Below are positions 38,410 to 48,316 of a DNA stretch of 64,000 bases, piece after piece. Position 1 is the first letter of the stretch. Every line of letters starts with the position of its first letter. A program made the translations under genes and the position numbers. This DNA is from a virus (Duplodnaviria; Caudoviricetes). Under the pieces are notes generated by a model that was not told where the DNA came from, searched no databases, and was given only the letters and a program-made list of their open reading frames with translations. Where the stretch lies: IMG/VR virus record IMGVR_UViG_3300028805_000088, positions 25,029 to 89,028 of that record; one strand, given 5' to 3'.

Positions 38410-39382
38410 AATTAAAAAATATTTTTTAAATCTCTGGTATGGTCTCCCATTCGGCATGAAAGCTGCTGACACAGAAATTATGGGTAACAAGTCAGTAGAT
38501 GATAATGGAGTTACGATACAGCAAGAGGTTTCAGACCAGAGAGTTGCAAAACATTTGTTGAAAGGTGAGGTTACTCAAGAGGTAGAGGAACTAAGATACA
38601 GAACATACAAGGTTGCTGATGAGTCAGAGAACTACAAATATCTAGGTAATGGTGTTGCAGTAAAAGAAGAAAAGGAAAAAAGACCATTAGATAGAAAAAA
38701 ACATAAATTCACACAAGATAATGAAAATATATGTCAATCAGTATTGGATAGTTTGAAGCAAGTAGGAAACTATGGTGTGGAGAAATATAGGTTTGAAATT
38801 GATTATGACTCACTCGTTAGATTTAAGGTGGAGAAATTTGCAACAAAGGTAGATGTTAATATCAATGACGAAACTGGCTTAATTGAGACAACGCTACACT
38901 TTAATACAGAACCAGACCCATATGACGGAACATCAAAGCCATTCATCAATGAAATTGCTAAGTTGCTTGAAGTAAAGAGTGAATATGAGATTAAGAGAAA
39001 TGAAATTGCTTCATCAATTAAGAATTTCTCTTTCGTTACATACAAGGCAACTAATGAGGATGACTTAGTAACATACAGCTTCATAAATGGTGGTAAGTTC
39101 AAGAGTTTCGAGCAGAAGGGTTATGAATACCTTATGACACTGACTTGGAATGAATATATGAGAGTTCCGCTTAATTTAGAGGCTAAGTATTATTCTAAGA
39201 CTATGGCTGAGAAATATGATAGGAAGGAGAGAAAGGATAATCCAGTTTCATTAGCTGATGTTGAAAGAAAAAGATATTGTTCAGTATGTGGCAAGGAAAT
39301 GTCAGTATATGACGCAGACATACAAGAGGCAAGTGGTCAAGAACCAGTTTGTAAAGAATGTATGGAAAAAGCATTGAAATAA
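38402..39382 (+). CDS. hypothetical protein with C-terminal zinc ribbon
   Basis: CSVC...CKEC. Confidence 0.65.
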   Translation: MNKIKKYFLNLWYGLPFGMKAADTEIMGNKSVDDNGVTIQQEVSDQRVAKHLLKGEVTQEVEELRYRTYKVADESENYKYLGNGVAVKEEKEKRPLDRKKHKFTQDNENICQSVLDSLKQVGNYGVEKYRFEIDYDSLVRFKVEKFATKVDVNINDETGLIETTLHFNTEPDPYDGTSKPFINEIAKLLEVKSEYEIKRNEIASSIKNFSFVTYKATNEDDLVTYSFINGGKFKSFEQKGYEYLMTLTWNEYMRVPLNLEAKYYSKTMAEKYDRKERKDNPVSLADVERKRYCSVCGKEMSVYDADIQEASGQEPVCKECMEKALK

Positions 39383-39403
39383 TAACATAATTAATTATAT
39401 TTT
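39373..39403 (+). promoter_or_regulatory. variant (middle?) promoter
   Basis: ATTG-N19-TATATTTT; only 2 nt from the next ATG, so the start or TSS is uncertain. Confidence 0.4.
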
Positions 39404-39405
39404 AT

Positions 39406-40002
39406 ATGATAACAATTGGTGTAGAGTTAAATCATGTGGTCAGAAACATCAACAAGCAAATTGTAAAATATTATGCAAAGGAATATGCACCTGATGTTGA
39501 CCTAGACGATATAGATGATAGAGAGGATGTGTTGAAAACATTTGCTAAGTTCGATAGCAAATATGAGAGGAATAATTTCTTATTTATAGATTATCCTTAT
39601 GAGATATTTGGATGCGCTAGTACAATGGAAAAGAAATTAGCAGTAAAGATTACAAATTGGCTTACTGACATTTCAAACATCGAAGACGAAGATATTAGAA
39701 TCATTTTCTACAGTTTGAATGAAGAAGCATTAACAATTCAGTCAACATTCTTTTTCTTGAGCAAGATTGGTACTAGAGTAAGAAAGGTTATTTTTCCTAA
39801 GACAATAGAAGAGGTTTGGGATGAATGCGATGTTGTGATTACTGCTAGAGACGAATTCTTTGAAAAGGAGATTCCAGAAGGTAAGAAAGTTGTATTAATT
39901 AATAGACCATTCAATAAAGACTGCAAAGATAAGGCATTCTTAAATTATGATAATTTGAGTGAAATAATCACTGATGAAGAATTTTTTAGCAAATTGAAGT
40001 AA
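39406..40002 (+). CDS. HAD/5'-nucleotidase-like protein with degenerate motif I
   Basis: ITIGVELNHVVRN resembles IGIDxDGVL; CDVVI. Confidence 0.45.
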   Translation: MITIGVELNHVVRNINKQIVKYYAKEYAPDVDLDDIDDREDVLKTFAKFDSKYERNNFLFIDYPYEIFGCASTMEKKLAVKITNWLTDISNIEDEDIRIIFYSLNEEALTIQSTFFFLSKIGTRVRKVIFPKTIEEVWDECDVVITARDEFFEKEIPEGKKVVLINRPFNKDCKDKAFLNYDNLSEIITDEEFFSKLK

Positions 40003-40337
40003 TGAAGAATAATACATTTATTTTCGACATCAATAAGATAACTGATTTCGTGTTCGGTAATCCAAATGATAGAACAAGCGATGTAGAAATTACAGAGAAC
40101 TACATTTACGATTCTGATAAAGATAAGATGATACCAAACACAAGAGAGGTTAAAGAGGTAAAGGTTAATGATTATACTGGACAAAACACAATTCGTTACG
40201 ACCTTATTAAAACCTTTATTGACATCCTAGATGCGGTTGAAGACCCAAAGGTTATGTCTCTAGGACAACAGATAACATATAATACGATGCAAGCGTATGA
40301 ATTAATAAAAGATATAAAAGACAGCGACAATGAGTGA
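40002..40337 (+). CDS. hypothetical protein
   Basis: coupled ORF. Confidence 0.6.
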   Translation: MKNNTFIFDINKITDFVFGNPNDRTSDVEITENYIYDSDKDKMIPNTREVKEVKVNDYTGQNTIRYDLIKTFIDILDAVEDPKVMSLGQQITYNTMQAYELIKDIKDSDNE

Positions 40338-41418
40338 TAAGGATTTAAAAGTTATTGAGAATATTGAAAAAGAAATATCAAAAATTGATAAGAAGGAAAA
40401 CAGAATTTATTTCTTCGTTATCGACAGTAAAGGACATCCATCTGGTTCTCTTGAGTATATCTACAACCTCGCATTGATTCTAAAGGAAGAGGGATACAAT
40501 GTTAGTATGCTTCATACTGAGGAAGAGTTTGTAGGAGTTGGCGCATGGTTAGATGAGAGATATGCAAATCTCCCACACTACAACGTAAACAAGGGAGAGG
40601 TTGGAACATCACCATCTGACTTGCTGTTTATACCTGAGATTTATTCACAAGTTATGAACCAGACAAAGCAGCTTCCTTGTAAGAGAGTTGCAATTCTTCA
40701 GAACTACAACTACTTGGTTGAACAGATGCCTTACGTAGCACAGTGGGGTGATTTCGGTATCATGGAAGGTATTACCAACTCTGATTACCAAGCAGCAGAG
40801 CTTAATGAGTCTTTCCCATATGTAAAACTTAGAAAGGTTACACCATTTATCTCTAAACTTTTCGGTAAGACAAATGAACCAAGAAAAATGGTTGTAAATA
40901 TAGTATCTAAAGACCAGTCTAACATCAAGAAGATTGTTAAGCCATTCTATTGGAAATATCCAATGTTTAAGTGGGTTTCATTTAAAGAACTCAGGAATCT
41001 ATCAAAAGAAGACTTTGCAAAAGCATTGCGTGATGGTGCTATAACTGTCATTGTTGACGAGGATGCAAGTTTCTGTTATTCTGCACTTGAGTCGGTTAAA
41101 AGCGGTTCAATTACAATGTGTAAAGTTCCTGAAACGGAATGGGATTGGGCTTCTAATGAAGATGGTACATTACCAAATTGCTGCGTCTGGTTTAACGACT
41201 ATGATACATTGCATAAACAGTTGGCAAGTGTTGTCCGTTCATGGATTACAGATAAAGTTCCTACAGTTCTTGAGGAAGAAGGTAAGAAGGTTCTTGAAAA
41301 GTACTCTTACGATAAGACTAAGGGTGAGTTGCTTACATACGTTAACGACACCCTTGGAAAAAGAAAAAAGGAAATGGAAGAATTAATAATCCAAATTAAG
41401 GCTAAAAAGGAGGAATAG
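40330..41418 (+). CDS. glycosyltransferase-like protein (GT-B)
   Basis: SGSLEYIYNLA..L.EEGY, FIPEI, NSDY, SFCYSALES..SG. Confidence 0.65.
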   Translation: MSDKDLKVIENIEKEISKIDKKENRIYFFVIDSKGHPSGSLEYIYNLALILKEEGYNVSMLHTEEEFVGVGAWLDERYANLPHYNVNKGEVGTSPSDLLFIPEIYSQVMNQTKQLPCKRVAILQNYNYLVEQMPYVAQWGDFGIMEGITNSDYQAAELNESFPYVKLRKVTPFISKLFGKTNEPRKMVVNIVSKDQSNIKKIVKPFYWKYPMFKWVSFKELRNLSKEDFAKALRDGAITVIVDEDASFCYSALESVKSGSITMCKVPETEWDWASNEDGTLPNCCVWFNDYDTLHKQLASVVRSWITDKVPTVLEEEGKKVLEKYSYDKTKGELLTYVNDTLGKRKKEMEELIIQIKAKKEE

Positions 41419-41420
41419 TA

Positions 41421-42032
41421 ATGAAAGAATTCCTAAAAAGCGATACAATAGTTGGGAATATTAATCCAGATGTGTCGATTTGTGTCCATAAATACGAAGA
41501 TGCTAAAAAAAGTAATAAAATGGGTGACAAACTCAAGAACTATCTTGACAGATGGGATAGGCTAGGCTTTTTACAAAATTTTCCAGATGATAGAAAAGAA
41601 GAATTAGCATTTGCTTATGAACAACTTGCAATATTTTTGATTTACTGTGAAAGTGACCAAACTGACAAATTGTTCGATAAAGATGAATATGGCAATCGCC
41701 CATTTGAAACAATTGGTTTTCCAATGGTAAGAAGGGTTCTTGGGAACTTAGAATCAAATGTGTTCGATTTTCAGAAGTTCTTGAAATATTGCAAAGTATT
41801 CAATGTAAACGACATCATTAAATTGTTAACGTACAATGAACTATGTTATCAACGTATTGATTATGAAGCAGAAGGTGTGGCTATATGCTGTGAAATGATT
41901 GAAAAGAAATTCAAAAATCCTAACAAAAATGATGAAGAAATCAAAAATGAAAGTCTTGATAGGCTTTATAAAATAATTGAAGATAAAAAGAAAAAGAATG
42001 AAGGAACTAGTAGTGATAATACCAATGAATGA
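41421..42032 (+). CDS. stand-alone paralogue of the major capsid protein N-terminal domain
   Basis: MKEFL.S..VGNI, RWD.LGF, KE..A..YE..A..LIY and FET..FP..RRV match 54936..56981. Confidence 0.8.
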   Translation: MKEFLKSDTIVGNINPDVSICVHKYEDAKKSNKMGDKLKNYLDRWDRLGFLQNFPDDRKEELAFAYEQLAIFLIYCESDQTDKLFDKDEYGNRPFETIGFPMVRRVLGNLESNVFDFQKFLKYCKVFNVNDIIKLLTYNELCYQRIDYEAEGVAICCEMIEKKFKNPNKNDEEIKNESLDRLYKIIEDKKKKNEGTSSDNTNE

Positions 42033-42786
42033 ATTTGGTAAAGAAAATATTGAGTTGTTAAACAAGGCTGTTGAGTCAGTACCAAGCGAACTCAATGTCT
42101 TGCTTTCAGTACCAAGTGGTACTGATGGAAAGAAGTTGAAGGGTATAAGCGATAGGCTTGGTGTTGTGTCAGAGTCAGAAGGTAGCTCTTTCGCAGAACT
42201 TGTCAACGCAGCCGTTAACACAATCGAAGAGAAATGGTTCTCAATTCTTGAGTTTGATGATACATATACACCAATCTGGTATGACAACGCTAAGAAGTAC
42301 ATCGAGTTTATGCCAAGTACAAGCGTATTCATGTATCTTGAGGACATCACAGATTTCAATGACGGTAAGTACATCGGATTCGGAAATTCAGAGGCTTGGG
42401 CGAGTTCTTTTTCAAATGAGATTGGCTTCATTGACAATGATTGTTTGCAAAACTATTTTGATTTCTATCTAACTGGTAGCATATTTAATACTGCTGACTG
42501 GCGTGAAATTGGAGGGCTGAAGCCACAAATTAAACTAACGTTTTGGTACGAATGGCTTCTACGTGCAACTAATAAGAGTAAAAAAGTTTATGTAATTCCA
42601 AAAGTGGGATACAATCATAAACTTAATAGAAAGGGGTCACTAGTAGAAGTATATAGAAACGTGATGTCAAAAGAGGAAATCGAGTTTAGTTTTGACCTTG
42701 CGAAGAAAGAATATTTTTATCATCCATCAGTTGAAAGAGATTTATCTAAATTTATTTTTAAACCTAATGAAGAAACTAACAACTAA
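41998..42786 (+). CDS. glycosyltransferase family 2-like protein
   Basis: LVVIIP, WFSILEFDD, GSIFN, YVIPKVGY.H. Confidence 0.65.
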   Translation: MKELVVIIPMNEFGKENIELLNKAVESVPSELNVLLSVPSGTDGKKLKGISDRLGVVSESEGSSFAELVNAAVNTIEEKWFSILEFDDTYTPIWYDNAKKYIEFMPSTSVFMYLEDITDFNDGKYIGFGNSEAWASSFSNEIGFIDNDCLQNYFDFYLTGSIFNTADWREIGGLKPQIKLTFWYEWLLRATNKSKKVYVIPKVGYNHKLNRKGSLVEVYRNVMSKEEIEFSFDLAKKEYFYHPSVERDLSKFIFKPNEETNN

Positions 42787-43711
42787 AGAATTCAAAGATA
42801 GGATTTTATTAGTCCATAAAAATAAATTTATTTATGACAAAACAGATTTAGAAAATCGTGATGAAAAGGGGCGAGTAATTATTACTTGCCCTATACATGG
42901 AGATTTTTTGCAAACACCTAAAAATCATCTACATGGGCAAGGTTGCCCAAAATGTAGTCATAAATCCACTAAATATACAGTTGAAGAAATTAAAGAAAAA
43001 ATAAGAAAAAAATATAACGGTAAATATGATGTTTCACTAATTACTGAATATAGTAATAATACACAAAAACTACCATTAATTTGTGATGAACATGGATATT
43101 TTGAAGCAACCTGGAATGATTTAGACAACAATCATGGATGCCAAAAATGTGGAAAAATAAAAAATTATGAATCACTTAGAAAAACATCAAAAACGTTTAT
43201 AGAAGAAGCAATAAAAATTCATGGTAGTAACTATGATTATTCTCTTGTAGACTATAAAAGAGCGCATAGTTATATTAATTTAAAATGCAATAAATGTGGT
43301 CATTTATTTAAAATAATGCCAAATGAGCATCTAAAAGGTAAAGGATGCCCAAGATGTAATGAAAGTCATTTAGAAAATGAAATAAGGTTATTCTTAGAAA
43401 TGAACAATATTGATTTCTATGACAAAAAACATTTTAATTGGTTAGGACTCCAACATTTAGATTTTTATTTACCAAAATATAATATGGGAATAGAATGCCA
43501 AGGGAAACAACATTTTGAAGCCGTTAAACATTTTGGTGGATTACAAGGCTATAAAACTCGTTTTTTATTAGATAAAAATAAAAAAGAACTCTGTAAAGAA
43601 CATAATGTTAGAATATTGTATTATACTCACGAAGATTATGATTCATTTTTAGGTGAACAATTAATTAAAAACACTGATAAACTTTTAGAAGAGATAAAAA
43701 AATATGATTAA
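42767..43711 (+). mobile_element. free-standing putative homing endonuclease
   Basis: CPIHGDF.QTP.NHL.GQGCPKC repeats; LDFYLPKYNMGIECQGKQH; probable start MKKLTT overlaps the GT gene. Confidence 0.8.
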
Positions 43712-43847
43712 ATTAAGGTGTTATAATACCCCAAATAGTTGGTGGTATATTGGGTGTGATTGGATAAGAAATCATTGGTTTTCATTTCATTTTCTCACTA
43801 AAACGTTTGTATTATATTATGGAAAGAATGTGGTATATATACCATAG
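43704..43847 (+). CDS. small Trp/aromatic-rich ORF (47 aa)
   Basis: ATG embedded in the endonuclease 3' end; followed by a terminator. Confidence 0.35.
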   Translation: MIKLRCYNTPNSWWYIGCDWIRNHWFSFHFLTKTFVLYYGKNVVYIP

Positions 43848-43893
43848 AAAGAAGGAAGAGCCAGAAAAAGAGGAAGAACAATAAACTTAGAAT

Positions 43894-43930
43894 AAATGGC
43901 ATTAATTATGATGGTTAATGCCATTTTTTT
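43894..43930 (+). terminator. intrinsic terminator
   Basis: AAATGGCATTAA/TTAATGCCATTT. Confidence 0.8.
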
Positions 43931-44078
43931 ATTACATCAAAACGGCAACACGAAGATTTTCCAATTAGAAAATGTGAAAGAAAGTGTGTTGAAATTACGC
44001 AGATTTGCCTTTGATAAGATATTTAGTATTAAATTAATCATTATGAGGAATAATCCCTAATTATAAATATCACTTGAA

Positions 44079-44852
44079 ATGTCAGAAATTTGCGTAACAG
44101 AAGAAAAAGTCAAAAAGAAGAGAGGTAGAAAACCATCTAAAGAAAGAAAAGGTTATTTCTATGAAGAACAAGAACAAGCGGTTGTAGATTATATTTCCAC
44201 TGACGATGAAAAGGAAAAAAATAGAATTTTCAACACGACCCTCAAACCAGCATTTACGAAGATGATTGAATCAATCATAAGGAGATATAATTTGTATCCA
44301 CCAGATGAAGAATTCCAAGAAACATTTGACGATACTATATCATTCCTTATGACTAAGCTATCATGTTTCGACCCTAGTACAAATTATAAAGCATATTCTT
44401 ATTGTGGCACAATTTGTAAAAACTATTTGATTTATAAAATCAATCAATTCTCAAAGAATCAGAAGAGAAATATTTCTTACGATAATCCATTTGAAACGGT
44501 TCAAAATGATATAAATGATAATATCACATATTCATATGATGAAACTGACCCAAGAAAGACATTCTTGACTGAACTAACAGGACATACCGTTGAAAACATT
44601 GAAAGAATCCTTGCAGACAAGGAAAAAATGAAACTCAATGAAAACGAAATTAAAGTAGGCCAAGCATTGATAAACCTTATGAGGAATTGGGATGAACTAT
44701 TTGCCCAAATGGGTAGTAATAAGTTTAACAAAAGTTCAATTCTATTATTCTTGAAGGAAACCACAATGTTGAACACTAAAGAGATAAGGGATGCCATTAG
44801 AGTATATAAGAAAAGATATTATGACGTTAAATGGAAACTTATCAATGAATAA
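44079..44852 (+). CDS. phage sigma factor, T4 gp55-like (late transcription)
   Basis: KMIESIIRRYNL...FDDTISFL..K...FDP....KAYSYCGTICKNYL region-2-like pattern. Confidence 0.7.
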   Translation: MSEICVTEEKVKKKRGRKPSKERKGYFYEEQEQAVVDYISTDDEKEKNRIFNTTLKPAFTKMIESIIRRYNLYPPDEEFQETFDDTISFLMTKLSCFDPSTNYKAYSYCGTICKNYLIYKINQFSKNQKRNISYDNPFETVQNDINDNITYSYDETDPRKTFLTELTGHTVENIERILADKEKMKLNENEIKVGQALINLMRNWDELFAQMGSNKFNKSSILLFLKETTMLNTKEIRDAIRVYKKRYYDVKWKLINE

Positions 44853-44865
44853 ATCCAAACGGCAA

Positions 44866-44873
44866 TATTTATA
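44866..44873 (+). promoter_or_regulatory. putative late promoter (baseplate operon)
   Basis: TATTTATA directly after the sigma gene. Confidence 0.65.
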
Positions 44874-44883
44874 ACAAAAAACA

Positions 44884-45279
44884 ATGGGAAAACTTAAAAT
44901 TGAATTAAATGATACCCAAAATATAAGGGACCTATTGCAAGAAGCTTATAGACTAGCTGATGAGCAGATTGTACAAGCTCAGAACGAGATTAACAAGCTC
45001 TCTGTTGCAACACAGCTACAAGAAGAACCAATGGATGCTAGAAGCAAATATGCAAAGGCCATAAACGATTACCTTGGGTTAAAGGATAAAGCTATCTCAA
45101 AAAAGATAGAAATTGCTAAGATTCTAACAGACATCTATCACCATAATGGTGATGTTCAAGGTGCTCTAGAAGGAAGCGAGGCAATTAAAGACATGTCATT
45201 TAACTTTGATGACATTAAGAAAATAGTAGACGATTCTCTACAAGAAAAAACTAAGAAAATTGAATTGAATAAGAAATAA
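44884..45279 (+). CDS. late hypothetical helical protein
   Basis: TATTTATA 10 nt upstream. Confidence 0.65.
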   Translation: MGKLKIELNDTQNIRDLLQEAYRLADEQIVQAQNEINKLSVATQLQEEPMDARSKYAKAINDYLGLKDKAISKKIEIAKILTDIYHHNGDVQGALEGSEAIKDMSFNFDDIKKIVDDSLQEKTKKIELNKK

Positions 45280-47501
45280 TGGCAAGTGTAAAGAAAATGC
45301 AAGAGGAAGCTATGGCTTCTATCGATACAGCGAAAGCATTGGTTGACAAGGTACTGACCATCATGGAAATTATGGTTGTTGACCCATCTGTTGCTTTAAC
45401 GTTTTCTACCAATCCAATTGGATACCTAATCCAATTGTTAAAGCATTTGGGTGTTACACGTGAAGAGATTGAGCTATGGCTTACAAACTTCTTGGTTTAC
45501 ATTATACCTGTTCTTGAGGTTTCAGTAAAAGCTATATTGCTTACAAATCTCAAGAATATGATTTCTTGTTCAGTTGACCCTAGAATTCCTGAGAAATATA
45601 GAAAAAGGCATAAAGCACCAACAGATTATAATACATCACAAGAATATGGAATAGACATTAACATTGAATCTATCGATTTTATGGATAAATTGTCTATAAA
45701 TCCGTTAGGTGAATTTGGCTCTAATTGGTATTTTGGTCTTGAAGGTGTGGAAGACTCATACAAATTTGCAAGGGCTGATGATATGGATGCCTTTTTATGG
45801 TTTGCTATTCACAAAGGTAAATTCCCTAATTCGGCAATTTTAAGTGGCGAGACAACCAACGAAATAGCATCTTCATTAAACAGCTTATATCATAATAGCC
45901 CAAGTGTATTACCTTCAGATGGAACACTTTTATCAACATTAGAAGCGATGTACGACACAGGTAATCCATCTTCTATTTTATTGGGTAATACATTTGCATA
46001 TAAAGATGGTCACATAGTTTCTATGTGTATCGACAATAAAACTGATGAAGCTGAAAATATTGTACATAATACAATTGTACCAGTATCAGATGATTGGGCA
46101 TCAGTCAATTGGTATGCTAGACGTGCTGACCAACTTGGAAAGAATCTTGGATTTGGATGGGGTGTTAATCAAAAAAATGGTAATACAAAATATAAAGGGA
46201 AAAATAGAGATTTTAGCAAAGAAAGGGCAATTTGTAATATACAATATATAGACCAAGCATCAAGTGATGCACCATTGACTGGTTTGGTTAATAACAAGTT
46301 ACGTTTTACTATTCTTCCTAAACCATATATACATATCCCTATTTTATCTGAAGGAGAAGCACCTTGGCAGTTTAAAAAAATGCTATTCGATGATAAAGGT
46401 AATTTTGACGCTAACGGAAAATATACATTTGCCGAAGGTGTTGTAGTAACTGAAGCCGAAAAAACTGAAAGTAAAGATAAATTTATCACATTTACTACAC
46501 CACATGCTGTAGTAAAACTAAACATAAGAAGTCGTGAAGTTACAGTTGATAATCCTGCAGAGCTAGCCAAAGACTTGATGGAGTGCTATCCTGGTCTTAC
46601 TGTTTTCGAATTTAACTATGATTATGTAATGAGTATAAAGCTTTTCGATGCAAAAGTGTTAGCTCATTCACTAATGGAATCTGTTCTCAATACAAGTTTG
46701 GGTCTCAGTGTTGGTGTCGGAATGAGACACCAAGAAACCACCGAAACCATTAAGGAAATAATTAAAAACATTCTTGAGACTGATGATTCTGAAGTAAGCG
46801 ATTGTTATTATACTTTTGATAATAGTAAATACGACTCCCTTCTAAGAAGGGCAGAAGAAAAAAGAGCTAGACAGCAAAGATTTGGTAATGTAACACATGA
46901 AGCTGGCTTATTTGATAGTGTTAGCAACATTCTTAACGAATATGACGCTAATTCTGAGTTACATGAGCAAGTAGATATTCTACACAGAGCTTTTACACAA
47001 GCTGCCATGACTGTAAGTGAAGGTGTGCCAGAGACTGATAAATTTGATGTCGAATTCAATTTTATATTCGATTTAATTGAATCTTTAACAACAGCTATTG
47101 TAAATGGTATTCTAAGTCCAAAAGTATTAATGCTTTTGGAAGTTAACCAAAAAATAATGGGTGGAACTTGGGAGAAATTTACAATGAAAGACTTAATACA
47201 AGCATTGAGAAGTATTATTGTTGCTATTGTTAAAGAAATACGTGACATGGTTATACAAGAGCTTCTAAAACTCGTTCTAAAGGCTCTAGAACCAATTATA
47301 CAGATGCTTGGTAGTATCTTGCATAGGGAACAACTTGAGAACTATGCAGACTCTATATTGGAGATTATACGTAATTGTCCATTTATATGGTTCAGCTTTG
47401 GTAACAAACAAGAAGACACTAAACTAGATACGGTTGATTATGCTGATATTGATGTTAGTCATAATAAAGAGGGCGAACAACCTTCAACTAATAAATGCTA
47501 A
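45279..47501 (+). CDS. large late protein in baseplate cluster
   Basis: 740 aa, in operon with the spike-like gene. Confidence 0.55.
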   Translation: MASVKKMQEEAMASIDTAKALVDKVLTIMEIMVVDPSVALTFSTNPIGYLIQLLKHLGVTREEIELWLTNFLVYIIPVLEVSVKAILLTNLKNMISCSVDPRIPEKYRKRHKAPTDYNTSQEYGIDINIESIDFMDKLSINPLGEFGSNWYFGLEGVEDSYKFARADDMDAFLWFAIHKGKFPNSAILSGETTNEIASSLNSLYHNSPSVLPSDGTLLSTLEAMYDTGNPSSILLGNTFAYKDGHIVSMCIDNKTDEAENIVHNTIVPVSDDWASVNWYARRADQLGKNLGFGWGVNQKNGNTKYKGKNRDFSKERAICNIQYIDQASSDAPLTGLVNNKLRFTILPKPYIHIPILSEGEAPWQFKKMLFDDKGNFDANGKYTFAEGVVVTEAEKTESKDKFITFTTPHAVVKLNIRSREVTVDNPAELAKDLMECYPGLTVFEFNYDYVMSIKLFDAKVLAHSLMESVLNTSLGLSVGVGMRHQETTETIKEIIKNILETDDSEVSDCYYTFDNSKYDSLLRRAEEKRARQQRFGNVTHEAGLFDSVSNILNEYDANSELHEQVDILHRAFTQAAMTVSEGVPETDKFDVEFNFIFDLIESLTTAIVNGILSPKVLMLLEVNQKIMGGTWEKFTMKDLIQALRSIIVAIVKEIRDMVIQELLKLVLKALEPIIQMLGSILHREQLENYADSILEIIRNCPFIWFSFGNKQEDTKLDTVDYADIDVSHNKEGEQPSTNKC

Positions 47502-47513
47502 AATTTAACGAAA

Positions 47514-47906
47514 ATGGGTATACAACAAATCTGTCAAACCATAAAAAATTATTTTAACAATGTGAGACCGCCATTTCCGCAATTACCTAGATTACTCTTG
47601 GTCTGCTCAATGATACGCAGACCAGGACTGTCTGTCATCCAGTCAGTGGCAAACATCACAAAAGACTTAAATAAGCTAGGTATTCCTACAGGTGCAATGC
47701 CAGATGGTAGTGCAAATCTAACAGTTGCATTTACATTTGCAAATACTAAAGAAATATATAGAGGCGTTAAAAAAGATGCCTCAGTACAAGTGGGATTTCA
47801 GCCAGGTTCTATGATGCTTACTGCATTTGGAAGTAATGGTGGAGGCCCTATAACAGTACAAGGATTAAACACATCACCAGGACAAGCATTTGGAGACATA
47901 AATTAA
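47514..47906 (+). CDS. baseplate-region protein, tandem copy A
   Basis: 96/130 aa identical to the next gene. Confidence 0.75.
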   Translation: MGIQQICQTIKNYFNNVRPPFPQLPRLLLVCSMIRRPGLSVIQSVANITKDLNKLGIPTGAMPDGSANLTVAFTFANTKEIYRGVKKDASVQVGFQPGSMMLTAFGSNGGGPITVQGLNTSPGQAFGDIN

Positions 47907-47912
47907 ACAATT

Positions 47913-48305
47913 ATGGGTATAGAACAAATTTGTAAAACAATAAGTAATTTCTTTAACAATGTGAGGCCACCGTTCCCACAATTGTCTAGATTGCTCTTGG
48001 TGTGCTCTATGATACGCAGACCAGGACTATCTGTAATTCAATCTGTGGCAAACATCACAAAAGACCTAAACAAAATAGGTATTCCAACAGGTAAAAATCC
48101 TGCTGGGTGTGAAAATATGAGTCTTGGCTATTCTTATGCTTATGTTAATGAAATATATAGAGCATTAAAAAAAGACACATCATTACAAGTTGGTGTGGCT
48201 CCAGGAAGTTTAATGATTACTGCATTTGGAAGTAACGGTGGAGGTCCTATAGTTGTTCAAGGAATGAATACATCGCCAGCGGTTGGATTTGGTGATATAA
48301 ATTAA
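47913..48305 (+). CDS. baseplate-region protein, tandem copy B
   Basis: 96/130 aa identical to the previous gene. Confidence 0.75.
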   Translation: MGIEQICKTISNFFNNVRPPFPQLSRLLLVCSMIRRPGLSVIQSVANITKDLNKIGIPTGKNPAGCENMSLGYSYAYVNEIYRALKKDTSLQVGVAPGSLMITAFGSNGGGPIVVQGMNTSPAVGFGDIN

Positions 48306-48316
48306 ATGGAAAGGTT

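Noticed and set aside
43704-43884. Programmed frameshift joining two small ORFs at TGGAAAG
   Set aside because: The attractive fusion needs +1, not the canonical -1; all frames are briefly open, so there is no discriminating evidence
43940-44865. AAACGGCAA on both sides of the sigma gene
   Set aside because: Only a 9-mer seen twice; compatible with chance
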